64,000 bases of DNA from Alphaproteobacteria bacterium (lineage in GTDB: Bacteria; Pseudomonadota; Alphaproteobacteria; SHVP01), in assembly GCA_016869765.1 (NCBI GenBank), contig VGES01000002.1, forward strand, positions 59,964-123,963. The letters are read 5' to 3'. A program made the translations under genes and the position numbers. Of the stretch, positions 29,782 through 39,218 are shown in pieces. Below the pieces are notes generated by a model that ran no database searches, was not told where the DNA came from, and saw only the letters and a list, made by a program, of their open reading frames with translations. How positions within the stretch are numbered: position 1 is the stretch's first letter; every line of letters starts with the position of its first letter.

Positions 29782-30344
29782 CAGAGACCACCACGAAATC
29801 GAGCGGCGAGAACCGGCTGCCGGGCGATCCAAGTCCGGCCGCGATGATCGCGAGGATGATTCGCGTCGACCACGCCGGAGAATACGGTGCTCGACGGATC
29901 TATCAGGGCCAGCTCGCCGTGCTCGGCCGCGGCCGGCACGCCAAGACGTTGCGCCACATGGCGGCTCAGGAAGAAAAGCACCTGAAGGCTTTCGAGAGCC
30001 TATTGGTGGCAAGACGGGTGCGGCCGACGGTCCTGTCGCCGCTGTGGCATGTCGCGGGATTTGCAATCGGCGCCGGCACGGCCCTCATGGGCGACCGAGC
30101 CGCCATGGCCTGCACGGTCGCGGTCGAGGAAGCGATCGACGATCACTACCGGCGGCAATCGGAGTATTTGGGCGAAGACGAAGCCGCGCTCAAGAACACG
30201 ATCGACGAGGCACGCCGCGACGAGAACGACCATCGGCAAACGGCGCTCGCCGCGGATGCCGAACGCGCGCCCGCCTATCCACTCCTGCACGGCGCCATCA
30301 AGCGTGGCACGAAGCTCGCGATCTGGCTCTCGGAGCGATTCTGA
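29778..30344 (+). CDS. coq7: Demethoxyubiquinone hydroxylase family protein (COQ7)
   Basis: MIRVDHAGEYGARRIYQGQLAVL...EEKHL...EExDDHY di-iron ferritin-like motifs. Confidence 0.85.
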   Translation: MTETTTKSSGENRLPGDPSPAAMIARMIRVDHAGEYGARRIYQGQLAVLGRGRHAKTLRHMAAQEEKHLKAFESLLVARRVRPTVLSPLWHVAGFAIGAGTALMGDRAAMACTVAVEEAIDDHYRRQSEYLGEDEAALKNTIDEARRDENDHRQTALAADAERAPAYPLLHGAIKRGTKLAIWLSERF

Positions 30345-30357
30345 ACGACCCGAGCGG

Positions 30358-30963
30358 CTAAGGCTCGAGTTCGGAATCCCAATAGAGGAAGTCGTGCCAA
30401 CTGTGGTGCAAATAGTTGGGCGGGAACGACCGGCCATGCTCCTGTAACTCTTGCACCGTTGGCCGGTACGGTCGGGTCCGCGGGTGCATGTGGCACTCGT
30501 GGGCCAGCCGGCCACCTTTGGCGAGATTGCAGACCGAGCAGGCGGTGACCACGTTCTCCCAGGTGGTGCGCCCGCCGCGCGAGCGCGGCACGAGATGGTC
30601 GAAGGTCAGGTCGTCCGACGCGCCGCAGTACTGGCAGGCAAAATGGTCCCGCAGGAAGACGTTGAAACGCGTGAAGGCTGGTCGCTTGGCGGGCGGCACG
30701 TAACGCTTCAAGGCGACGACACTCGGCAAGCGCATGCTAAACGTCGGAGAACGGACCTCGCGGTCGTATTCGGAGACGATATCGACCCGGTCCATGAACA
30801 CGGCCTTGACCGCCTCGTGCCAGGGCCACAGGGACAAGGGGAAGTAGCTGAGCGGCCGGTAATCGGCGTTCAGAACGAGCGCGTGGCAGGAATTGAGTGG
30901 TACCAAGCGGAAGCTTCCCAAAACACGTTGCGCTTGTGGCCTTCGCCACAGCCGTAACAACAT
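30358..30963 (-). CDS. HNH endonuclease domain protein
   Basis: C-terminal CQYCGASDDLTFDHLVPRSRGGRTTWENVVTACSVCNLAKG (HNH with Zn-binding Cys pairs). N-terminal ~100 aa of unknown function. Confidence 0.8.
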   Translation of the reverse strand: MLLRLWRRPQAQRVLGSFRLVPLNSCHALVLNADYRPLSYFPLSLWPWHEAVKAVFMDRVDIVSEYDREVRSPTFSMRLPSVVALKRYVPPAKRPAFTRFNVFLRDHFACQYCGASDDLTFDHLVPRSRGGRTTWENVVTACSVCNLAKGGRLAHECHMHPRTRPYRPTVQELQEHGRSFPPNYLHHSWHDFLYWDSELEP

Positions 30964-31027
30964 CGTGTGGGAGGACTTCTGTCAAGCGGCGGACGCCGCT
31001 CGCCGATGACGATTCAACGACGGCGTC

Positions 31028-32866
31028 CTAGAGCAGCCGATAGACGAGAAGCGGTTGTTCCCGCCCCTTGACGCGTCGCTCGCCGACCGGTTCCAGAGGG
31101 GCAACCCCGGGCGGCAGCAATTTGGCGGTGTCCTCGCTCAGCAGCACGACGACATCCTCGCCAGGACTGACGACCTCTTTGCCGAGTTGTTCGAGACGTT
31201 GGCCCACGTTCACCGCGTCGCCGACGATGGTGTAATTCACGCGCCCAGGCGAGCCGATGTTGCCGACGACAACATCCCCGGTGTGCAATCCGAGGCGCAT
31301 CCGGATCGCCGTCAAACCTCTAGCGCGCCGTTGGGCGTTGTCATCGCGTACCGCACGGGTGATCGCCATGGCTGCTCGGAACGCACGTTCCGCGTGATCG
31401 GCTTGATGGCCAGGAGCTCCCCAGAACGCCATCATGCCGTCACCGATGTATTTGTCGATCGTTCCGCGCTCGGCCTCGACGCAAGCTGCGGTAAGTCGGA
31501 AGTGATCGTTGAGAAAATCCGCGACCTGATCGGCGGGCATGTCCTCGGATTGGGTCGTAAAACCGGCAATGTCGGTGAACATCACCGTGACCGTGCGACG
31601 CACCGAACGGAAACTCTCGCGCGACCCTCCCTCTTCCATCAGGCGCTTTACCAGGCGGCGCGGCACGTAATTCTGAAACCAATGGAGCCCGGTGATCATG
31701 CTGTTGAAGGCCCGGCTCTGATCGTCGATCTCGCGGATTCGTGAGGGCGGCAATGGGGCCACCTGGTCGAACTGGAACCCCGAGACGAGATTGGCCGCGT
31801 TCGCCACGCGTTGGATCGGCCGGGCCATCCTTCGCCCAATGACGATCGCGGCGCCGACCGCCATCAGCAACACCACGAGTCCCGCCGCCATGGCCCCGAG
31901 GAGACGGGTCAGCTCGTCCTGGAACCCGGTCATCGCAACGTACGTACCGACGTACCAAGGCGTCGCGCCGAACTCGTCGGTCCTGCGGTAGAGGAACAGA
32001 TAGTCGACCCCAGAGATATTTTGCACGTGCGCCCCGATACCGCGACGTTCTAGCTCGCCGCGGTTGCCGGCAATCGCCTCGGTCAGGACCGTTCTGTTGC
32101 TGCGGTCCCAGATCGACGCCAACACCGGATCGCCGATATCGGCCAGCTCGGGTACGACGTGGAACGGAGTCTTCCGTTTGAAGCCGCCGCGCAGCAGCCG
32201 GTGCGCCAGGACGAAGTCCTCCCCATAGAGAACGAACACGTTGCCGCCCACCTGCGATCCGAGTTCATCGACGAAGCGGGAGAGCTGGCTGACCGAGACC
32301 GCCACCACGAGCCCCCCGACAAACTCGTCATCGACGAACACCGGCAGACGAAGGTTGACCAGCGAACCGGAGCGCTCGTCGAGGGCCGGAATAAGCTCGC
32401 CCCAAACGGCGACCTTGCCGCGCCGTGCACGTTCGACCTGCTCGCGAACGCCTGGTACGTCACTCCAATCCTCGCTGACGACCATCGGCGGCTGGTCGAG
32501 GCCCCGTCGCACCGCCAAGATGCGCAACTCGGAGTCGACGAACGTCAGCGAGCCGATCTGCGGTGCCGCCGCCATCGCCCCCAGCATCACGTCGGTCATC
32601 TGCCGGCGGTTGGTCGGATTGAGGCGACCCAAAGCGATCATGTCGCGCACGTACTCGACCTGATGCCGCGCGGGTGCCATTTCGAGTTCGATCAAGTCAC
32701 CGGCTGACGTCACCGTCGTGATGGCCCATTCCCGCAACAAACTCGCAGTATTTCGTTGAGCGCTGTTCAGACCGAGGGCCAAAACCACGAGGATGCCGAT
32801 CGCGACCAGCGCTCCCATGGCAAGCGCCAGCGTGAACGTGATCGAGTATGTGCGCCGATGGGCCAT
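31028..32866 (-). CDS. Membrane sensor adenylate/guanylate cyclase (class III) with periplasmic sensor and HAMP domains
   Basis: N-terminal transmembrane segment, ~280-aa periplasmic region, second transmembrane segment, HAMP. Then FTDIAGFTTQSE...KYIGDGMMAFWGAP cyclase homology domain. Confidence 0.85.
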   Translation of the reverse strand: MAHRRTYSITFTLALAMGALVAIGILVVLALGLNSAQRNTASLLREWAITTVTSAGDLIELEMAPARHQVEYVRDMIALGRLNPTNRRQMTDVMLGAMAAAPQIGSLTFVDSELRILAVRRGLDQPPMVVSEDWSDVPGVREQVERARRGKVAVWGELIPALDERSGSLVNLRLPVFVDDEFVGGLVVAVSVSQLSRFVDELGSQVGGNVFVLYGEDFVLAHRLLRGGFKRKTPFHVVPELADIGDPVLASIWDRSNRTVLTEAIAGNRGELERRGIGAHVQNISGVDYLFLYRRTDEFGATPWYVGTYVAMTGFQDELTRLLGAMAAGLVVLLMAVGAAIVIGRRMARPIQRVANAANLVSGFQFDQVAPLPPSRIREIDDQSRAFNSMITGLHWFQNYVPRRLVKRLMEEGGSRESFRSVRRTVTVMFTDIAGFTTQSEDMPADQVADFLNDHFRLTAACVEAERGTIDKYIGDGMMAFWGAPGHQADHAERAFRAAMAITRAVRDDNAQRRARGLTAIRMRLGLHTGDVVVGNIGSPGRVNYTIVGDAVNVGQRLEQLGKEVVSPGEDVVVLLSEDTAKLLPPGVAPLEPVGERRVKGREQPLLVYRLL

Positions 32867-32869
32867 CGG

Positions 32870-33526
32870 TCAGGCCGGCAACTTGGCCTTGAGGAACGCA
32901 GCGGCGCGCCGCAACCCCTCCGGGTCGATCGCGTGCGGCAGGCCTGGACGGATCTCCCACTCGACGGCCACCTCAGCCGCTTTCAGGCCGCGCACGGCGT
33001 CGTGCAGCGCCAGCACAGGCACCAGGGGATCGGCCGACCCGTGGACGAGCAGGACCGGGGGGTGCGCGCGCCCACGCGCGATCGTGTCGGCGCCGACGAG
33101 GGTGCCGGAGAAGCCCACAATTGCCGCCAGCGGTTGCGAACGTCGCAAACCGACGTAGAGCGACATCATCGTGCCCTGGGAAAATCCGACGAGGGCCACC
33201 TGGGAATCATCGAGGTCGTAACGATCGCGTTCGGCCTCGATGAAGCGCTCCAGCGATGGCGCCGCATCCTGCACACCGGCCAGCATCGCGGCTGGCATCA
33301 AATTCGTGATCGGAAACCACTGATAACCGAAACCGGCACCGCAGGGTTCCGGCGCATGGGGCGAAGCGAACGCCGCGTCGGGCAATGAGCGCGCGAGTTC
33401 CGGCACCAAACCGAACAAGTCGTCGCCATCCGCGCCGTAGCCGTGCAGCAGTATGACGAGCTGCCGGACGGGGCCTCCCGCGGCCGGCTTGGCCCGCGGG
33501 CCATCGAGCAGAACTGTTCGGGTCAT
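32870..33526 (-). CDS. Phospholipase/carboxylesterase family alpha/beta hydrolase
   Basis: LVILLHGYGADGDD...VALVGFSQGTMMS...VLLVHGSADPLV. Confidence 0.75.
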   Translation of the reverse strand: MTRTVLLDGPRAKPAAGGPVRQLVILLHGYGADGDDLFGLVPELARSLPDAAFASPHAPEPCGAGFGYQWFPITNLMPAAMLAGVQDAAPSLERFIEAERDRYDLDDSQVALVGFSQGTMMSLYVGLRRSQPLAAIVGFSGTLVGADTIARGRAHPPVLLVHGSADPLVPVLALHDAVRGLKAAEVAVEWEIRPGLPHAIDPEGLRRAAAFLKAKLPA

Positions 33527-33592
33527 CGCCTCACTTCTACGAAAACCGCGGGATGGTGACACCAGGCCCGAAGGTTGTCACGGTAGAAGGCA

Positions 33593-34447
33593 ATGATGGC
33601 TGTCGTCACCCGCTTTGCGCCGAGCCCCACGGGGCTATTGCACCTAGGCCACGCCTACGCCGCGTGGTTCGCGGCCGACGCCGCGCGGGCCGGCGACGGA
33701 CGGTTCCTACTGCGTCTCGAGGACATCGACCGGAGCCGCTGTCGTCCAGAGTTCGAGGCGGAGATCTTCGAGGATCTTCGATGGCTTGGCCTGACGTGGC
33801 CCGAGCCGGTTCGCCGACAATCGGCGCACTTCGATGACTACCGTCGAGCGCTGACACTCCTCGAGGGTCGCGGCCTGTTGTACCCGTGCTTCTGTACCCG
33901 GGCCGACATTCGCCGCGAGATCGAGCGGAGTCCGACGGCGCCGCATGGACCGGACGGGCCGCTCTACAGCGGCCGCTGCCGAGCCTTGAGCCAGTCCGAG
34001 CGCAGCGCCCGCATGGCCGGGGGTGAGAGTTACGCGCTTCGCCTCGATTTGGAGCAGGCGCTTTCCGCCGGTGGCAACAATCTGACGTTCCACGACCGTG
34101 CCCGCGGGGCAATCCGTTGCGACCCGCGCCCGTTCGGAGACGTCGTGCTCGCGCGCAAGGACACGCCGGCGAGCTACCATCTCGCCGTCACGTTCGATGA
34201 CGATGCCCAAGGAGTAACGTTGGTGACACGCGGCGAGGATTTGCTCCCTTCCACCCATGTTCACCGCCTACTCCAGGCGCTGCTCGGACTGGCGACTCCG
34301 GAGTACCACCATCACCGGCTGCTGATCGGACCGGACGGCAAACGCTTTGCCAAGCGCGACCAGGCCGCGACCTTGCAAAGTCTGAGAAACCAGGGACACT
34401 CGCCCGAGGAGTTGCGCGCCATGGTGGGGCTCGATCGTGGGACTTGA
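33593..34447 (+). CDS. gluQ: tRNA glutamyl-Q(34) synthetase GluQRS
   Basis: VTRFAPSPTGLLHLGHAYAAWFA (HIGH-type)...truncated GluRS catalytic domain of ~280 aa without an anticodon-binding domain. Confidence 0.85.
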   Translation: MMAVVTRFAPSPTGLLHLGHAYAAWFAADAARAGDGRFLLRLEDIDRSRCRPEFEAEIFEDLRWLGLTWPEPVRRQSAHFDDYRRALTLLEGRGLLYPCFCTRADIRREIERSPTAPHGPDGPLYSGRCRALSQSERSARMAGGESYALRLDLEQALSAGGNNLTFHDRARGAIRCDPRPFGDVVLARKDTPASYHLAVTFDDDAQGVTLVTRGEDLLPSTHVHRLLQALLGLATPEYHHHRLLIGPDGKRFAKRDQAATLQSLRNQGHSPEELRAMVGLDRGT

Positions 34448-35042
34448 AGCCACTTGCCACGCCGTGGTGGGCAAACAGAACGGTACCGTCAAAGCCCACC
34501 TCGACAAGGACGTGCTCCAGTTGCGCGGCGATTTCCGACTCGATCTGCCGCTCGCCCAACTCGATCAGGTCATGGCTAAGGGCGGTGTCCTGCACGGTCG
34601 ATGGCAAGGCAAGTCCTGGCGGCTGGAACTCGGGACCAGTGCCGATCGCTGGGCCCTCAATATCCGCTATCCACGTTCTCGCCTGGAGAAATTGGGCGTT
34701 GCGCCCGGTGGCCGCCTGGTCGTCGACAAAATCGACGACTCGTCGTTCGCACGAGAACTCGACGATCACGGCGTAAAGACCGGCTCGTTGCGGGCGAAAA
34801 GCCTGGATCTCGTCGTCTTCGGCGCTGAAGATGCCAAGCGTCTGCATCAGATTGCCGCGATCCGATCGCGGATCACTCCGACGGGGGCCCTTTGGATCGT
34901 CTACCCCAAAGGACAGAAGCACATCACCGAGGCGATGGTGCGGACCGCCGGTCGGGATGCTGGGCTGGTCGACGTCAAGATCATGGCCTTCTCGGAGCGC
35001 CTCACCGGCCTCAAGTTCATGATCCGACGCCGCGATCGCTAG
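34437..35042 (+). CDS. Hypothetical protein
   Basis: 201-aa ORF overlapping the gluQ 3' end by 11 nt. Conserved-looking but unassigned. Confidence 0.45.
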   Translation: MGLEATCHAVVGKQNGTVKAHLDKDVLQLRGDFRLDLPLAQLDQVMAKGGVLHGRWQGKSWRLELGTSADRWALNIRYPRSRLEKLGVAPGGRLVVDKIDDSSFARELDDHGVKTGSLRAKSLDLVVFGAEDAKRLHQIAAIRSRITPTGALWIVYPKGQKHITEAMVRTAGRDAGLVDVKIMAFSERLTGLKFMIRRRDR

Positions 35043-36225
35043 AGCGGCGCCCCCACCACACGAGCGTCAGCGCCAATAGGCTCGAGCACGCGCAGCCGCT
35101 GACCATGTAGGCCATCGGCATCTCGTCGACCTGCGGGATCAGGCCGAGGGCCGTGGTCGCCAGTGCTGCCGTCAGCATTTGCAGGAAACCGTTGAGCGAC
35201 GAGGCCGTCCCCGCGCGATCCGCAAACAGACTGATGGCCCCTTGGGTGGAGCTCGAGAACATCACCGAGCCCCCGGTACTGATCAGGCACATCGGTCCGA
35301 TGACGGTTGCGACACTCAACGCGCCCGCCAGCGCGAGCCCGAGCATGGACAAGCCACCGACCGCCGTGATCGTGGCCCCGAGGACCACCACCCGATCGCC
35401 ACCCAGTCGCGTCATGAGCCGGGCCGAAATCGAAGCGCCGACGAAATTGAACAGGGTCGGAATCGCGGCGTACCAACCGTAGATATCCGGGGCCACCCCG
35501 ACCAATTCGATCAGCACGAACGGTGTCGCGGCGACATATACGAACGCACTCGCCATCGAGAAGCCGGTGTTGAGCGAATAGCCCATGAAGACGACAGAGC
35601 GCAGAAGCCGCGGATAGGCGAGCCAAACCTGCAGCAGGTTGCCCGCCGTGGTGCGCAGCGGACTGACGTGCGTTTCTTCGAGAAAGTACGCGTTGAGTGC
35701 CAAGACGAGCCCACCCACGAGTGTCAGCGCCCAGAAGATCGACGGCCACCCGAAGTGAACCTGCAGGTAGCCGCCGGCCACGGGTGCAAACGCCGGGGCG
35801 ATCGCCATCACCATGCCGACGAAGGACATCACACGCGCCGCCTGATCGCGCGGGAACAGGTCGCGGACCATCGCACGTGCGAGCGTCGGCCCCGCGCACC
35901 CACCGATCGCCTGAACGATGCGAGCGAGCGTCAACGTCGTTACGTCGGTTGCCAGGGCGCATGCCGCGCTGCCGAGGATGTAGATCGACAAGCCGATGAG
36001 GAGCGGCAGTCGTCGGCCCCATCGATCCGACAACGGACCATAGATCAACTGACCGACGGCGAAGGCCGCGACATAGCCGCTGAAGGTGATTTGCACCTCG
36101 CCCACCGAGGCGCCGAGCGACTGGGCGATTGCCGGCATCGACGGCGAGTAGATTCCCGCCGACGCATAGGCCACCGCCATGAGGCCGACGATCAGGGCAA
36201 CCAGAAGCCCGATGCGGTCCTTCAT
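35017..36225 (-). CDS. MFS transporter (Bcr/CflA-type drug efflux)
   Basis: MKDRIGLLVALIVGL...GPLSDRWGRR (MFS motif A). 12 transmembrane segments. The track ORF extends spuriously to 36960 in the same frame. Confidence 0.8.
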   Translation of the reverse strand: MKDRIGLLVALIVGLMAVAYASAGIYSPSMPAIAQSLGASVGEVQITFSGYVAAFAVGQLIYGPLSDRWGRRLPLLIGLSIYILGSAACALATDVTTLTLARIVQAIGGCAGPTLARAMVRDLFPRDQAARVMSFVGMVMAIAPAFAPVAGGYLQVHFGWPSIFWALTLVGGLVLALNAYFLEETHVSPLRTTAGNLLQVWLAYPRLLRSVVFMGYSLNTGFSMASAFVYVAATPFVLIELVGVAPDIYGWYAAIPTLFNFVGASISARLMTRLGGDRVVVLGATITAVGGLSMLGLALAGALSVATVIGPMCLISTGGSVMFSSSTQGAISLFADRAGTASSLNGFLQMLTAALATTALGLIPQVDEMPMAYMVSGCACSSLLALTLVWWGRRSSDRGVGS

Positions 36226-37439
36226 TGGGCGGAACTCGGCGCCGACCTCGACCAACGCCATTGCCAGAAACTGACGGCCCCAGCAGCGAACATGGCGAGC
36301 GAACAGACCCAGGCAAAGGGCAGGTGCGAACGCGATTCGAAGAGCCCAAGGACGGAAATCGCGACCGCTGCCGCTCCCATCTGAAGAAATCCGTAGAGCG
36401 CCGACGCGGTTCCGGCGATGCGCGGCTTGATGCTGACGGCCCCGGCCATCGTGCCCGGAAACATGATCGACATTCCGACCGACATCACCGTGAGGGGACC
36501 GAACACGTTGAGCGCGCTCGCCGGCATCGTTAGGGCGAGGGTCAGGAACACCGCTGCGCCGAACACGACGGCCAGCATGCCGATCGGGACCATGGCATCG
36601 ACGCCAGTGCTGTGCGTGAGGCGCCCTGCAATGAACGAGCCCACCATGTAGGCGAGGATCGGCGCCGCCGAGAACCAGCCGTAATCGGCTGCCGTGTATC
36701 CGAGCAAGTCGACGATGACGAACGGTCCGGCTGTCTGGAACGTGAACATCCCGCCATAGACCAGGGATCCGACGAGGACGAAGGCCATGAAATCGCGCGA
36801 GCGAACGAGCTCCGCAAATCCGCCGACCATGCCAACCACCGACTCCTGAGTGTTGACCCCACGATACGTGTTGGTCTCCTTGAGGGCGGCGAGAGTGGCC
36901 ACCAGCACGACCAACACGAATCCGAGGGTCACCAGGAACGATGCGCGCCAGTCGAACCACTCCTCGAGATGTCCGCCCAAAACGGGAGCGAACGCCGGGG
37001 CCAACCCCATCGCCATGGCAACGTAGGCCATCACTCGCGCCGTTTCCTCCCGCGAGTACAGGTCACGCGTGATCGCTCGTCCCATGACAGGGCCTGCACA
37101 AGCCCCAAGGGCTTGGAGAGCACGACACAGGATCAGAACCTCGATCGAGGGAAACAGGGTCGCGAGGACGACGCTGCCCAGGGTCGTCACGGCATACACG
37201 ATCAAGCCACCGATCAGTACGGTTCGGCGCCCGTAACGATCGGACAGCGGGCCATAGAGAAGCTGGCCAAACGCGAAGGCGATCAGAAACACGCTGACGG
37301 TTGCCTGGACGCTGGCCGCCGAGGCGTCGAAGTAGGCTGCCATCGCCGGAAGCGACGGAGCGTACATGTTGGTCGAGATGTGGCCGGAAGCAATGAGTCC
37401 GGTGAGGTAGGCGATGACCCACAGGGGGTGCCACGTCAT
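36222..37439 (-). CDS. MFS transporter (Bcr/CflA-type), tandem paralog
   Basis: GPLSDRYGRR motif A. Overlaps the downstream MFS by 4 bp. Confidence 0.85.
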   Translation of the reverse strand: MTWHPLWVIAYLTGLIASGHISTNMYAPSLPAMAAYFDASAASVQATVSVFLIAFAFGQLLYGPLSDRYGRRTVLIGGLIVYAVTTLGSVVLATLFPSIEVLILCRALQALGACAGPVMGRAITRDLYSREETARVMAYVAMAMGLAPAFAPVLGGHLEEWFDWRASFLVTLGFVLVVLVATLAALKETNTYRGVNTQESVVGMVGGFAELVRSRDFMAFVLVGSLVYGGMFTFQTAGPFVIVDLLGYTAADYGWFSAAPILAYMVGSFIAGRLTHSTGVDAMVPIGMLAVVFGAAVFLTLALTMPASALNVFGPLTVMSVGMSIMFPGTMAGAVSIKPRIAGTASALYGFLQMGAAAVAISVLGLFESRSHLPFAWVCSLAMFAAGAVSFWQWRWSRSAPSSAQ

Positions 37440-37587
37440 GGGTTGGGTCCAGCCGTTTCGAGGGCGCGCATCTTAGGGTTTTCGCTTGGACCCACAATTG
37501 CCGATGACGCAACCCTGGACGCCCCCCGCACTTGCGCTTTCCTCACCGCGCCCGCTGCTTTATTGGTGAGCGCCGGAGAGCCCCGAT

Positions 37588-37767
37588 ATGAAGCTTATCC
37601 TTACCGTCTTCCTGGGCATTGCCATTCTGGCCGCAATAGTGTCGCTGTTTGCTGGCCTGTTCACGATGGGCGGAAAGCATTCGAACCTGTTGATGCGCGC
37701 CAGGATCATCAGCCAACTCTCCGCGGTCGGACTGATGGCGCTCTATTTCCTGCTCTACGGTCTGTGA
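37588..37767 (+). CDS. Small membrane protein (59 aa, two predicted transmembrane helices; twin-TM small-protein-like)
   Basis: MKLILTVFLGIAILAAIVSLFAGLFTMGGKHSNLLMRARIISQLSAVGLMALYFLLYGL. GGAGAG ribosome-binding site 7 nt upstream. Below the 60-aa track cutoff. Confidence 0.4.
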   Translation: MKLILTVFLGIAILAAIVSLFAGLFTMGGKHSNLLMRARIISQLSAVGLMALYFLLYGL

Positions 37768-37774
37768 CCACCCG

Positions 37775-38335
37775 ATGGTCCGCCTGACCAAGATCTACAC
37801 CCGTGGCGGCGACGGCGGAGAAACGTCCCTGGTCGGAGGCGATCGCGTGCCCAAACACAGCGCGCGAGTGGCCGCCTACGGCACCGTCGATGAGACGAAC
37901 GCCGCAATCGGCATCGTCCGCCTGCATACGAGCGATGAGCCGGACGCCATGCTCGGACGGATTCAGGATGATTTGTTCGATCTCGGCGCGGACTTGGGAA
38001 ACCCCGGCACCGATCTTTCGCCGCAGTCCTTGCGCATCGTGCAGGCCCAGGTCGATCGCCTGGAGCGCGAGATCGACGCCATGAACGAAACCCTGGCTCC
38101 ACTCAACTCCTTCGTCTTGCCTGGTGGTACCGCCGCATCGGCCTATCTGCATCTGGCGCGAACGGTGTGTCGGCGTGCCGAACGGTGCGCCACGGAACTC
38201 GCGGCCATCGAGTTCGTCAACCCGGCCGCAATCAAGTACTTGAACCGGCTGTCCGACCACCTGTTCGTGCTCGGGCGACACCTGAACGACCGCGGCCAGC
38301 GCGACGTCCTGTGGCGGCCCGGCGCCAATCGTTAA
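37775..38335 (+). CDS. Cob(I)yrinic acid a,c-diamide adenosyltransferase (PduO-type ATP:corrinoid adenosyltransferase)
   Basis: MVRLTKIYTRGGDGGETSL...; PduO-type N-terminal domain, 186 aa. Confidence 0.85.
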   Translation: MVRLTKIYTRGGDGGETSLVGGDRVPKHSARVAAYGTVDETNAAIGIVRLHTSDEPDAMLGRIQDDLFDLGADLGNPGTDLSPQSLRIVQAQVDRLEREIDAMNETLAPLNSFVLPGGTAASAYLHLARTVCRRAERCATELAAIEFVNPAAIKYLNRLSDHLFVLGRHLNDRGQRDVLWRPGANR

Positions 38336-38345
38336 CGCCCTCGCG

Positions 38346-38375
38346 TTGACTTCGCACCCGCACCATCTTTATGCT
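38346..38375 (+). promoter_or_regulatory. Putative sigma-70-like promoter upstream of etfB
   Basis: TTGACT -35 element, 17-nt spacer, TTATGC/TATGCT -10-like element, ~90 nt upstream of the etfB ATG. Confidence 0.25.
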
Positions 38376-38465
38376 GCACCGCCGCAAAATCGAAGGATGG
38401 CCGGCCGCGCCACGTTCCTGGCCGCCTGATAACCCCGTCAGCCAACGTCCGAGGAGGCCCCCGAC

Positions 38466-39218
38466 ATGAAAGTGCTTGTCGCGGTAAAACGCGTGGTAGA
38501 CGCCAACGTCAAAGTTCGCGTCAAAGCCGACAAGACCGGCGTCGAACTCGCCAACATCAAGATGGCGATGAATCCGTTCTGCGAGATCGCCGTAGAAGAG
38601 GCCGTTCGCCTTAAGGAAAAAGGCAAGGCGACGGAGATCGTCGCCGTTTCCATGGGCCCCCAGAGTTGCCAGGAGACGATCCGTACGGCGCTGGCCATGG
38701 GAGCGGACCGCGGTGTCCACGTCAAAACCGACGCCGAACTCCAACCGTTGGCCGTGGCCAAAATGCTCAAGGCAATCGTGGAAGCCGAGAAACCCGGCCT
38801 CGTCATTCTTGGTAAGCAGGCGATCGACAATGATTGCAACCAAACCGGCCAGATGCTCGCCGGTCTGCTCGGTTGGCCGCAAGGCACGTTTGCCTCGAAG
38901 ATCGATATCGGTGACGGCAAGATCGACGTCACGCGGGAGATCGACGGCGGGCTCGAAACCGTGTCGCTCAAGGCACCGGCCCTGGTCACGACGGACCTTC
39001 GCCTCAACGAGCCGCGTTACGCCTCGCTGCCCAACATCATGAAGGCGAAGAAGAAACCAATCGAAGAGAAGACCCCCGAGGCGCTCGGGGTCGACGTGAC
39101 TCCCCGGCTGAAGACGCTCAAGGTCGAGGAGCCGCCGAAGCGCAAAGGCGGCGTGAAGGTGGCGAGCATCCAGGAGCTGGTCGACAAGCTGAAGGCCGAA
39201 GCGGGAGTGATCCAATGA
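38466..39218 (+). CDS. etfB: Electron transfer flavoprotein subunit beta
   Basis: [12 protein letters not shown]...canonical EtfB. Confidence 0.9.
   Translation: MKVLVAVKRVVDANVKVRVKADKTGVELANIKMAMNPFCEIAVEEAVRLKEKGKATEIVAVSMGPQSCQETIRTALAMGADRGVHVKTDAELQPLAVAKMLKAIVEAEKPGLVILGKQAIDNDCNQTGQMLAGLLGWPQGTFASKIDIGDGKIDVTREIDGGLETVSLKAPALVTTDLRLNEPRYASLPNIMKAKKKPIEEKTPEALGVDVTPRLKTLKVEEPPKRKGGVKVASIQELVDKLKAEAGVIQ

Noticed and set aside
30358-32866. Cyclase plus HNH as a Pycsar/CBASS-like defence operon
   Set aside because: The cyclase is a canonical HAMP-containing signalling adenylate/guanylate cyclase with a periplasmic sensor. The HNH protein has no detectable cNMP-binding domain. Kept only as a low-interest finding.
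36226-36960. N-terminal 245-aa extension of the 647-aa track ORF 35017-36960
   Set aside because: The region is coding for the C-terminus of the upstream MFS paralog in a different frame. The downstream MFS begins at MKDRIG (36225) with a proper motif A.
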